Of a stretch of 29,970 nt of DNA, positions 1-10,716 are shown one piece after another. The stretch lies in assembly GCF_006345805.1 (NCBI RefSeq), contig NW_021832669.1:1-29970 (forward strand), read 5' to 3'. The notes beneath the pieces were generated by a model, which did no database searches, was not told the DNA's origin, and saw nothing but the letters and a program-made list of their open reading frames with translations. The stretch comes from Octopus sinensis. Its lineage: Eukaryota. The position numbers and the translations under genes were made by a program. How positions within the stretch are numbered: position 1 is the stretch's first letter; each line of letters opens with the position of its first letter.

Positions 1-2820
1 GTGTTCGTTTTGCCACGTGAATAACCGGGTGGTGGACTAGCGTTGCTTGGAATTGTGAATGGAAGTGTAGTAGTGAGATAGGCATCGAGAATAGGTTTGG
101 GTTACTGCAAGTTGTTTGTTAGAGCTGCTTAGTGAGCTAAAGCTCATAATTGTATATAATGATTTTTCATGGTAGTTTTTTAAAGAATCCATTCATAATA
201 AATTTTTTAAGTAGTGTTGGTTTGCCACGTGGATATAGTTTTTAGTTCTATTTATTCTATTTCTCCATTCATAATTTAAATGACGTTTACTTTCCATGGC
301 GCGTATCTTTTTTTTTTTTTTTTTTTACATAAGTTATTTCTATGGTAACGTAATTTTGGTTTGATTTTTTTAACGGCTAAGAATTTAATTTCACTTCATA
401 ATTGAAACTGACTTGTAAGTATGTATTTTATTTATCCTTATGTCATATTGTTATTTTTGATATTCTGGTTAATTACGATGTATTTAATGTTGTTTTCATA
501 GGAGTGTTTATGTATATGAGATTGTGTGTGAGTTTTTAGTTGTATATTTATTTATCTGTATGAGTGTGGGTGTGTAAATATGTTGTATATATCGAGTTTA
601 GTGAGTATGTATATGCGTATATGTGAGGGAGTATATGTATTTGTTGTGTTTGTGTGTTTTGCGTGTGTGTGTGGTTGTGTGTGATGTGTATATGGGTTTG
701 TTATTTAGGTTTTGGGATGTATGTGTTAATATGTCTGTGTGGGGAGGGAGTGGGTTTTGGTGTATATGAGGTTTATAAGTTAGTATAGGTATGTGTATAA
801 TCGTGGGTCTGTGGTTTACGTGTGTGTATTTGTGTGTGAATGTTTAGGTTAGGGGGATTGCTATATAGGTTTGTTATAGAGTTTAGCAAAGGGAGATTTT
901 ATCGTTATATGTTTTTAAGAGTTTTGGTTTATCATGGTTTTTTTAGGGAATTCGTGGTAATTTGTCTACTTTCGATGTGGTTGTTTTATTGCATTGTTTC
1001 ATTCATAATTTTTGAGTGGTGTTCGTTTTGCCACGTGAATAACCGGTGGTGGACTAGCGTTGCTTGGAATTGTGAATGGAATAGTGTAGTAGTGAGATAG
1101 GCATCGAGAATAGGTTTGGGTTACTGCAAGTTGTTTGTATAAGCTGCTTAGGTGAGCTAAAGCTCATAATTGTATATAATGATTTTTCATGGTAGTTTTT
1201 TAAAGAATCCATTCATAATAAATTTTTTAAGTAGTGTTGGTTTGCCACGTGGATATAGTTTTTAGTTCTATTTATTCTATTTCTCCATTCATAATTTAAA
1301 TGACGTTTACTTTCCATGGCGCGTATTCTTTTTTTTTTTTTTTTTTACATAAGTTATTTCTATGGTAACGTAATTTTGGTTTGATTTTTTTAACGGCTAA
1401 GAATTTAATTTCACTTCATAATTTGAAACTGACTTGTAAGTATGTATTTTATTTATCCTTATGTCATATTGTTATTTTTGATATTCTGGTTAATTACGAT
1501 GTATTTAATGTTGTTTTCATAGGAGTGTTATGTATATGAGATTGTGTGTGAGTTTTTAGTTGTATGATTTATTTATCTGTGAGTGTGGGTGTGTAAATAT
1601 TGTTGTATATATCGAGTTTAGTGAGTATGTATATGCGTATATGTGAGGGAGTATATGTATCTGTTGTGTGTGTGTGTTTTGCGTGTGTGTGTGTTTGTGT
1701 GTGAATGTGTATATGGGTTTGTTATTTAGGTTTTGGGATGTATGTGTTAATTTGTCTGTGTGGGGGAGGGGTGGGTATTGGTGTATATTGAGGGTTATAA
1801 GTTAGTATAGGTATGTGTATAAGTCGTGGGTCTGTGGTTTACGTGTGTGGTATTTGTGTGTGAATGTTTTGGTTAGGGGGATTGCTATATAGGTTTATTA
1901 TAGAGTTTAGCAAAGGGAGATTTTATCGTTATATGTTTTTAAGAGTTTTGGTTTATCATGGTTTTTTTAGGGAATTTGTGGTAATTTGTCTATTTTCGAT
2001 GTTGGTTGTTTTATTACATTGTTTCATTCATAATTTTTGAGTGGTGTTCGTTTTGCCACGTGAATATTATTTTTAATTCCATTTATTCCATTTCTCCATT
2101 AATTAATTTAAAGATGTTCGTTTCCAGAGCGGTTATACTTTTTATACATATGTTAAGTTCCTTGGTAAAGTAATTTTGTTTGGTGTATATGTTGAGGCTT
2201 ATATGTACTTGTGGGTGTGTGTGAGTGGGGTGGGTGTTTGTATTTGTTATGGGTGTGTGGTTTAGTGTGTGTATTGTGTGTGAATGTATAGGTTAAAGGG
2301 ATTGCTATATAAGTATGTTATAGTGTTTAGTAAAGGAGGTTTTATCATTTCTGTTTTGTGAGTTTTAGCTTATCATGGTAGTTTATAAAAGAATCCATTC
2401 ATAATTTTGTGTTTATTTGTCTGTGTGGGGTGAGTGGGTTTTTTGGAGTATATGTTGAGGTTTATATGTATGTATTGGTATGTGTAAGTGGTTGGGTATT
2501 TGTATATGTCGTGGGTGTGTGGTTTACGTGTCTGTATTTGTGTGTGAATGTTTAAGTTAGGGGATTGCTATATAGGTTGTTATAGAGTTTAGTAAAGGGA
2601 GATTTTATCATTATATGTTTTATGAGTTTTGGTTTATCATGGTAGGTTTGTTAAGGAATTCGTAGTAATTTGTGTCTATTTGCGATGTCTGTTGTTTTAT
2701 TGCATTGTTTCATTCATAATTTTTAAGTAGTGTTCGTTTACCAAGTGAATATAATTTTTAATTCCATTTATTCCATTTCTCCGTTCATAGTTTTGAGTGA
2801 TGTCCGTTTTCTAGAGCGTG
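1..2820. repeat. ~1.02-kb G/T-rich tandem repeat: two near-identical units plus rearranged partial units
   Basis: The motif GTGTTCGTTTTGCCACGTGAATA starts at 1, 1019 and 2044, giving periods of 1018 and 1025. Units 1 and 2 align throughout with small indels. Shuffled sub-blocks continue to about 2820. The + strand is strongly depleted in C. Confidence 0.9.
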
Positions 2821-3221
2821 AATGTGGGTTGTATGTGTGTGTGTGTGGGAGTATGAATAAGTATTGTGTTTTATAGTTGCCTAGACGTTTTTATGTGTAT
2901 GTATAGGGATATATATATAGGTGTGTGATTTAGTGTATGTAGTTAGATATGGTTATATATAATAGGTATATGTGATGGGTGTATATATAGTTTATTATTA
3001 TATTATTATTATTTTTTTGTTTTGTTTTATATTTTATATTTTATATTTTATATTTAATTGTTGATAGGTTTTTTTTAGTTTATATATTGTTTATATATTG
3101 ATTATATATGGATTATATATAGGTTATATATGGATTATATATTTATATTTTTCATTCATACTTTAATTATTTAAAATTATTATTTTTATATTTTAAAATA
3201 TTGATATTTTAGATTGGAAGT

Positions 3222-3264
3222 CCACCTGAAGATTGTCGATCAAGACAAGAAACGATTGTAGTGG
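3222..3264 (+). ncRNA. Minimal type I hammerhead ribozyme motif (Penelope-like element type)
   Basis: Stem I CCAC(3222-3225)/GTGG(3261-3264); core CTGAAGA 3226-3232; stem II TTGTC/GACAA with a 6-nt loop; GAAA 3249-3252; minimal stem III C-GATT-G; cleavage triplet GTA 3258-3260. Confidence 0.75.
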
Positions 3265-3358
3265 CGGTTTTTTTGACTATTTATTAAAATTTTATGTATT
3301 GATTAAGTCTTTCCTTGTTTGTTTTGCAAAATAGTGGTTTTGTCTCTAATAATATTAT

Positions 3359-4087
<729 letters not shown>

Positions 4088-4144
4088 ATTTATCTGCCAG
4101 TTATGAGGAAACAAAGTAGTTGGTGGAGTTATCATATGTAAGAA

Positions 4145-4355
4145 TGCATAATCCTTTTTCTATTATTGGTACAAGGCCTGAAATTTTTTGGTGAGGGAAA
4201 TAGTCGATTAAATCAACTCAGCGCTTCACTGGTACTGGTTTTATCAACCCCGGAAAGATGGAATGTAAAGGCAACCTCAGAAGCATTTGGACTCAGAAAA
4301 TAAGGATGGACAAAATGTTGTTAGACATTTTGTCCGGCGTGCTGACCGTTCTGCC
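4145..4355 (-). mobile_element. Degenerate tRNA-derived SINE (family A), in intron 1 of the left TNF-like paralogue
   Basis: Alignable by eye to the family A copies at 6982-7945 and 14785-15448. Most of it is absent from the paralogous intron near 17845. Confidence 0.6.
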
Positions 4356-4394
4356 TACTTGGCACCTTTGTCGAAAGTAAATAAAAAAATGTAC

Positions 4395-4564
4395 CTGAGT
4401 TACTGCTACAACAATAGTAATGATCACTGCACATAATATTGCTATTAGTACACCGATGATAGATAATTTGTTTTCTTTATCTTCGATGTTAATGACTTTT
4501 TCCGATCTTTTCTTTTTTCATCAGCCTCTTGATCAGCTCCTCCAGTACCTCCACAAGGCATCAT
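4395..4564 (-). pseudogene. Exon 1 (cytoplasmic tail plus type II TM helix) of a second TNF-like paralogue; one 1-nt frameshift in an A run, so either a pseudogene or an assembly error
   Basis: Translates as MMPCGGTGGADQEADEKRKDR/KKVINIEDKENKLSIIGVLIAILCAVIITIVVAVTQ, followed by a CAG|GTACAT donor. It is 170 nt, one base short of 57 codons. Homologous to 17901-18061. No downstream exons were found in 1-4394. Confidence 0.7.
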
Positions 4565-4620
4565 TGTAATGTATCATTCACAATAGCTTGTCGAATGAAG
4601 CGAGATTAAGTTTAGTCAGC

Positions 4621-4626
4621 TTTATA
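4621..4626 (-). promoter_or_regulatory. Candidate TATA box of the left paralogue
   Basis: TATAAA on the minus strand, 57 nt upstream of the ATG, and conserved in the other paralogue at 18095-18100. Confidence 0.4.
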
Positions 4627-4659
4627 TAGTGCAATGACATGAATGAGACTTCATTGACA

Positions 4660-4950
4660 CACCTCCTGTCACTCCTCTCTTTCTAGTACTTTCTTACTAA
4701 CTCAACTGCGCTCTCTCCCCGTCTCTATCTTCTCTCTCCCCTCTTGTCTTTCACTTTCTATCTCTTCTCGTCACTCCTCTCTTTCTCTCTCCCTTTCTAT
4801 CTCCTCTCTCCCCCTCTCTATCTTCTCTTTCCTCTCTTAATCTTTCGCTTCTATCTCTTCCTGTCACTCCTCTCTTTCTTTCTCCCCTCTCTATCTCCTC
4901 TCGCTCTTTGTCCTTCTCTCTCTTTCTTTTCTATTCTTTTCTATCTCTCC
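4660..4950. repeat. CT-rich polypyrimidine low-complexity tract
   Basis: Degenerate (CT/CTT)n with internal duplications. The homologous, longer tract is at 18165-18545. Confidence 0.85.
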
Positions 4951-5039
4951 TCCAATCACATTTACTTAATTTACTTATATCCAGTTTTTTTATAATTTTT
5001 TTTTTTTTTTGCAATTGGCAATAGAAACAGTATCAATAC

Positions 5040-5229
5040 CCTTTCTACTATAGGCGCAAGACCTGGAATTTGGTGGGGAGAGGTTTCACCAGTGTTTCAC
5101 TGGTACTCATTTTTATGAGCCCGAAAGGACGAAAGGCAAAGTCAAGCTCAGTGGAACTCAGAACGTAGCAGAAAAATACCACAAAGCATCTTGCCTGCCG
5201 GGCTAACGATTCTGCCAGCTTGCTGCCCT
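5040..5229 (-). mobile_element. Degenerate SINE family A copy
   Basis: Contains GAAAGGCAAAGTC...GAACTCAGAACGTA...CTGCCAGCTTGCTGCC, as in the other copies. Duplicated at about 18640-18822. Confidence 0.75.
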
Positions 5230-5740
5230 AATAATAATAATAACAACAACAACAATTATAATGATAATAATAATAACAATTATAATAATAATAACAATAA
5301 TAATAATAACAACAACAACAACAACAACAACAACAATAATAATAATAACAATGATAATAATAATACTAATAACAACAACAAAAAAAATATTCAGACAAAT
5401 ACATAACAAAAACACCAGGACTTACAAACACATATAACATACAGAAAATTGCACTAGTAGGCACTGCACACATCCTACGCAGAACACTTTCCATACAATA
5501 ACCATCAGAGCATCACAACAAATCACAGCACATACCCAAGGCACACAGAGCTGTGCTCGGTAGTGAAGTGAAAGCACGCTATAAAAATAAAACTACTGAA
5601 TAATAATAATAATAATAATAACAGCAACAACAATAATAATGATAATAATAATAATAACAACAACAACAATAATAATCATAATAAAAATGATAATAATAAT
5701 AATAATGATAATAATAATAATAATAATAATAACAATGATA
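5230..5740. repeat. (AAT/AAC/GAT)n microsatellites at 5230-5380 and 5601-5740
   Basis: Direct inspection. These tracts explain the poly-N and poly-I ORFs in the track. Confidence 0.95.
5382..5600 (+). mobile_element. 5'-truncated R4/Dong-clade (RLE-type) non-LTR retrotransposon 3' end, embedded in (AAT)n
   Basis: 5382-5501 translates as KKYSDKYITKTPGLTNTYNIQKIALVGTAHILRRTLSIQ*, matching the 'QK.vLlGTAhILR' C-terminus of R4/Dong ORFs. A short 3' UTR follows, then an (AAT)n tail. An (AAT/AAC)n tract lies upstream. Confidence 0.75.
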
Positions 5741-6184
5741 AGCTTGTCAGTTGTTTGACCTTAACCAGTTGAGCATGTCCCTTAGTGGCTGACGATATGT
5801 GCATCTCTGATCACGAGCAGAAGTAGTGGGGGAGCATTATAGCCACGTGTTGAGAAGGATTCTTTGGGGTTTGAATAATTCACCTCTGGAAACATGGGTG
5901 TTTCGTTCAACGTCCTTAAACAAACCTTATTCAGGACCTTTTGAGCGGGATGGGTTACTCGATCTGAAGAAAATTCTAACTGGGCTCCACCTGCAAGGTC
6001 ATGTGCTGTTTATCTTGATATGAGATCACCATGTCGCGCACATATGGTTGTGATGCATGTGCCTGGTGTACCCTTATCAGACGGGTAGTCATGATGGGTA
6101 TACTGGGCTTCGTATATTTTACCCCAGTGTCACTTTGATGGCATGCTCTGCTCACTAACTCAATAATAATAATAATAATAATAA
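5741..6184 (+). mobile_element. 5'-truncated copy of a non-coding interspersed repeat with an (AAT)n tail
   Basis: Highly similar to 6316-6740. Ends in CTCACT(AA)CTC-AATAATAAT. Confidence 0.7.
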
Positions 6185-6185
6185 T

Positions 6186-6783
6186 GCCCTGATGCAGTAC
6201 CAGGCAGTGGTTCTCATGGTTTCTGATCTTAACTGATTGGAAGTGTTATCATGTACATTGTTTTGTCTTGGTATAAAGGATGGGCTACAGCAAATATTCT
6301 GCTCAATACCAGATTTGCTTATCAGTTGTTTGACTTTAACCACTTGACCAAGTTTTCTAGTTGCTGACGATATGTGCGTCTCTGATCACGAGCAGAAGTA
6401 GTGGGGGAGCATCATAGCCATGTGTTGAGAGGGATTCTTTGGGGTTTGAATAATTCACCTCAGGAAACATGGGTGTTTCGTTCAACATCCTTAAACAACC
6501 CTTACTCAGGGACCTTTTGAGCAGGATGGGTTACTCGAACCAGCAGAAAATTCTAACTGGGCCCCACTTGCAAGGTCATGTGTTGTTTATCTTGATATGA
6601 GATCATCATGTCGTGCACATATGGTTGTGATGCATGTGCCTGGTGTACCCTTATCAGACGGGTAGTCATGATGGGTATATTGGGCTTCGTATATTTTACC
6701 CCGGTGTCACATTGATGGCAGGCATTGCTCTCTCACTCAATAATGATAATAATAATGATGATGATGATGATGATGATGATAAT
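6186..6783 (+). mobile_element. Longer (~555 bp) copy of the same (AAT)n-tailed non-coding repeat
   Basis: Shares about 425 bp with 5741-6165 and has about 130 bp of extra 5' sequence. Flanked by (AAT)n and (AAT/GAT)n. No ORF or Pol III boxes were recognised. Confidence 0.7.
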
Positions 6784-6784
6784 G

Positions 6785-7945
6785 CTTTCTACCAAAGGCA
6801 CAAGGTCTGAAATTTGTAGGGAGGGAACCAGTTTATGACATTGACCCTGATCATTCACTTGTATTTCATTTATCAACCCCAGAAGAATGTAAGGCAAAGT
6901 AGACTTGAGCGGAATTTGAACTCAGAATGTAAAGATGGATGAAATATTGCTAAGCATTTCGCCTGGCCTGCTAACGTTTCTTATTTCTTTATTGCCCACA
7001 AGGGGCTAAACATAGAGGGGACAAACAAGGACAGACAAACGGATTAAGTCGATTACATCGCCCCCAGTGCATAACAGGTACTTATTTTATCGACCCCGAA
7101 AGGATGAAAGGCAAAGTCGACCTCGGCGGAATTTGAACTCAGAATGTAACAACAGACGAAATACCTATTTCTTTATTGCCCACAAGGGGCTAAACATAGA
7201 GGGGACAAACAAGGACAGACAAAGGGATTAAGTTGATTACATTGATCCCAGTGCGTAACAGGTACTTAATTTATCGACTCCGAAAGGATGAAAGGCAAAG
7301 TCGACCTCGGCAGAATTTGAACTCAGAATGTAACAACAGACGAAATACCTATTTCTTTATTGCCCACAGGGGCTAAACATAGAGGGGACAAACAAGGACA
7401 GACAAGGGATTAGTTGATTACATTGATCCCAGTGCGTAACAGGTACTTAATTATCGACTCCGAAGGATGAAAGGCAAAGTCGACCTCGGCGGAATTTGAA
7501 CTCAGAACGTAACAACAGACGAAATACCTATTTCTTTATTGCCCACAAGGGGCTAAACACAGAGGGGACAAACAAGAACAGACAAAGGGATTAAGTCGAT
7601 TACATCGCCCCCAGTGCGTAACAGGTACTTAATTTATCGACTCCGAAAGGATGAAAGGCAAAGTCGACCTCGGCGGAATTTGAACTCAGAACGTAACGGC
7701 AGACGAAATACCTATTTCTTTATTGCCCACAAGGGGCTAAACATAGAGGGGACAAACAAGGACAGACAAAGGGATTAAGTTGATTACATTGATCCCAGTA
7801 CGTAACTGGTACTTAATTTATCGACCCCGAAAGGATGAAAGACTAAGTCGACCTCGACGGAATTTGATCTCAGAACGTAACGGCATACGAAATACTGCCA
7901 AGCATTTCACACGGCATGCTAATGATTCTGCCAGCTCAACATCCT
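6785..7945 (-). mobile_element. Head-to-tail array of SINE family A: five ~184-bp units plus one degenerate copy
   Basis: Tail motif TATTTCTTTATTGCCCAC starts at 6982, 7166, 7350, 7529 and 7713. Only the rightmost unit keeps the tRNA-like head. A B-box-like GAGTTCAAATTCC is present on the minus strand. Confidence 0.9.
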
Positions 7946-8076
7946 AACAACAATAATGATATGACTGAGGAACAGAGAAATCTCAGGAAAAGACTCATGG
8001 ACGTAAGAATTGCATGAACAGAGACCAAGTCGGTGAATTTAAGTAACATGTGAAACACGTGTATAAGTATGTGTAT

Positions 8077-8117
<41 letters not shown>

Positions 8118-8120
8118 GCA

Positions 8121-8521
8121 TACTCTCTTTTACTTCTTTCAGTCATTTGACTGCGGCCATGCTGGAGCACCGCCTTTTTTAGTCGAGCAAATGGACCCCG
8201 GGACTTATTCTTTGTAAGCCCAGTACTTATTCTATCGGTCTCTTTTGCCGAACCGCTAAGTGACGGGGACGTAAACTCACCAGCATCGGTTATCAAGCAA
8301 TGCTAGGGGGATAAACACAGACACACAAACACACATACATATATATATATATATATACATATATACGACAGGCTTCTTTCAGTTTCCGTCAACCAAATCC
8401 ACTCACAAGGCATTGGTTGGCCCGGGGCTATAGCAGAAGACACTTGCCCAAGATGCCACGCAGTGGGACTGAACCCGGAACAATGTGGTTGGTTAGCAAG
8501 CTACTTACCACACAGCCACTC
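8121..8521 (-). mobile_element. tRNA-derived SINE family B (internal TA/CA microsatellite)
   Basis: The minus strand begins GAGTGGCTGTGTGGTAAGTAGC...CCGGGTTCAGTCCCACTG (A and B boxes) and ends AAATGACTGAAAGAAGTAAAAGAGAGTA. Homologous to 13677-14047. Confidence 0.85.
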
Positions 8522-8531
8522 AATAAATAAA

Positions 8532-8932
8532 TCTTTATATATAAAAGAGAAGTTGTGTGTCTGTCTCCTACGATTTAGATTCCTAACTACTCCCACATTT
8601 TGCGGTGCAGTTTTACCAAAACCGGGTATCTTATAGTCGTGATTCATATCGAGCCCTTCTGGGTATTAGCGCACATCTACAATGAGTCTATGATTTAAAA
8701 AAAAATTTACCATCATTTTTTTCCATTTTAATGCATTTTTATCGCAATTATATAAGGGAAGTAACTCTCTAAAAATGTCTACGATGAGTCAACAATTTAA
8801 AAAAAAAATTACCATCATTTTTTTTTTCCATTTCTAATGCATTTTTTTGCTATTTTTTGGCTATAACTCTCTAAAAATGCTTATTTAGTTATTTCCCTTA
8901 CAAACCCGAGCAACAACGGGCGATACTGCTAG
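8532..8932 (+). mobile_element. Non-autonomous Helitron
   Basis: A|TC 5' end (TCTTTATATATAAAA), subterminal hairpin CCCG-N8-CGGG at 8905-8920, and CTAG|T 3' end. Has an internal ~100-bp duplication. A second copy lies at 14331-14637. Confidence 0.85.
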
Positions 8933-9200
8933 TATTATATAAAAAAATGACCGACATGGTCTGATGGCAAAACCATACACTACTTAAACATAAGGGAAAA
9001 GCTGGATGAATAAATCTGACAGTATTTGCGGCGAGCATATAAAAATGCCACAGATATACGGTAGGGAAGAGAAAAAAGGTTAGAATCTACAATTGACTCT
9101 ACCACAAGTTGGCTGAACATTTTATGAAACACAGTGTGACAAAAGATCAAACAGAAACAAGGGACTTGATCAGACCCGCTTCAATTTTAGTAGGTGAACT

Positions 9201-9617
9201 GGATCTTTTCGGTTTGAACGGCAGTTTTTTCTAGCGGTGTCATATGAAATTGTCACCCATAATTATGACCCTAGTATCGATCTATTGCATTTCAATCTGT
9301 TTTAGGGTTAGGGGTGGGGGGAGAAGGGTATCTTTTTTTTCTTCACAAATGTAAATAAACTCAATCTGTTTCTTAAACGAGGGACATATTCATGCAGCAC
9401 AGAATGTTTTTTTACCTCAATAGACGTCAGTGATTGGTTGAAATTGCATAAATTGAAGAAAAAACAACAACAAATATCTTACAAACTATAGAATTTTCTC
9501 AATAAAGCCAAGAGAAAAAGATGTTTTATAAACACATTCTACCAGTATATGAAGTTTAAAAGTGTTTCGTTACGTGGACATTATTTTAAAAAACTGCCGT
9601 TCAAACCGAAAAGATCC
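9201..9617. mobile_element. MITE with perfect 30-bp TIRs and an 8-bp TSD (Merlin-like or hAT)
   Basis: TIR GGATCTTTTCGGTTTGAACGGCAGTTTTTT at 9201-9230, with its reverse complement at 9588-9617. TSD GGTGAACT at 9193-9200 and 9618-9625. Confidence 0.9.
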
Positions 9618-9951
9618 GGTGAACTGGTTGGAAAGAAAGAGAGGAATATAGGTGGACAGTAGGAGCCATGATGGAAGTGGGGAACTGAAGGTGACATTCT
9701 AACTCTGCGTAAAGATCTGAGCTGCATAGAAAAATTGTCAAAAGGGCAATGGAAAAATGGAAAAGAAAGTGCAAGGGTGTGTGGTACCAAATAGAAAAGA
9801 AAGGGTTCAAAACTGTCATCGAAACCCTAAAACGAGTCCATCATGGTTTGAAAATTACTTGTATTTTATATACTTATCAAAATTAAAACGAACCTTCCTA
9901 TATTGTTGGGATTATTGGGTGTGTACATGTGTGTGTATGTGTGTGTGTATG

Positions 9952-9983
<32 letters not shown>

Positions 9984-9990
9984 AACAACC

Positions 9991-10206
9991 AATAAGGGTG
10001 AGAAATTTTTATACTAATTTAATAGTACATCCATTTAACACCTAGTGACTTAGTGCATATAAGAAACCCGGATTTTCATACATTTTATATATAAATATAA
10101 GAGAGCGACCACTATGTAGTTGTGCTAATATTCACTGGAGACATTTTTTATGTGGCTGAAGCCCAATGGTCTATTTTTAGTGCTCATAGTGGTCGCTCTC
10201 TTATAT
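9991..10206 (-). repeat. Diverged fragment of the 28.3-30 kb repeat family, with a 22-bp inverted repeat
   Basis: AATAAGGGTGAGA...ATACTAATTTAATAGTA...TAGTG...AGAAACC...ATAAATATAAGAGAG matches 28634 onward and the reverse complement of about 29460-29605. A perfect IR lies at 10095-10116 / 10185-10206. Confidence 0.6.
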
Positions 10207-10259
10207 ATATATATCATCATCATCTATATATATATATATATACATACATACATATAGAT

Positions 10260-10290
<31 letters not shown>

Positions 10291-10716
10291 GATAATAATA
10301 TAAGTATATGCATATATATATTCATAAATATATGCATATATACATACATATATTTATATACCTACACATATATACAAGCACATATGAGTACAGGACATAA
10401 AAATAACGTTGAACACAATGAGAAACGAAAACATAGAAAACGAACTTTTTTTCAAACAACAAAAAAACTAAACAGAGAAATGAGACATGCACCATAAAGA
10501 ATATTCCCCTTCATCAGTTGTCCCTGTTTCATCTACTCCGCGCTTCAAAGGTAATTTTTTTTGTTGATGTCCTGTACCCATATATGCATGTATATATACA
10601 TATATATGTAGGTATGTACATATATGTATGTATATATATGCATATATTTATACATTATTTATAGTATATAATCGAACGCCGTGCACCCTTTTCCAAGTGA
10701 GTTTTATCTTTATATA

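Noticed and set aside
840-1100. 86-aa ORF in the 1-kb repeat
   Set aside because: No recognisable motif, low-complexity composition, and the equivalent position in the next unit carries indels.
5786-5846. CTGACGA...GAAG motif as a hammerhead (also near 6363)
   Set aside because: It has GAAG instead of GAAA, no valid NUH before the potential stem I partner, and poor stem II.
9302-9320. TTAGGGTTAGGG as an interstitial telomere
   Set aside because: Only two units, lying inside a MITE.
10495-10555. Minus-strand CTGATGA near GAAAC as a hammerhead
   Set aside because: GAAAC lies only 8 nt upstream, and no consistent three-stem topology could be built.
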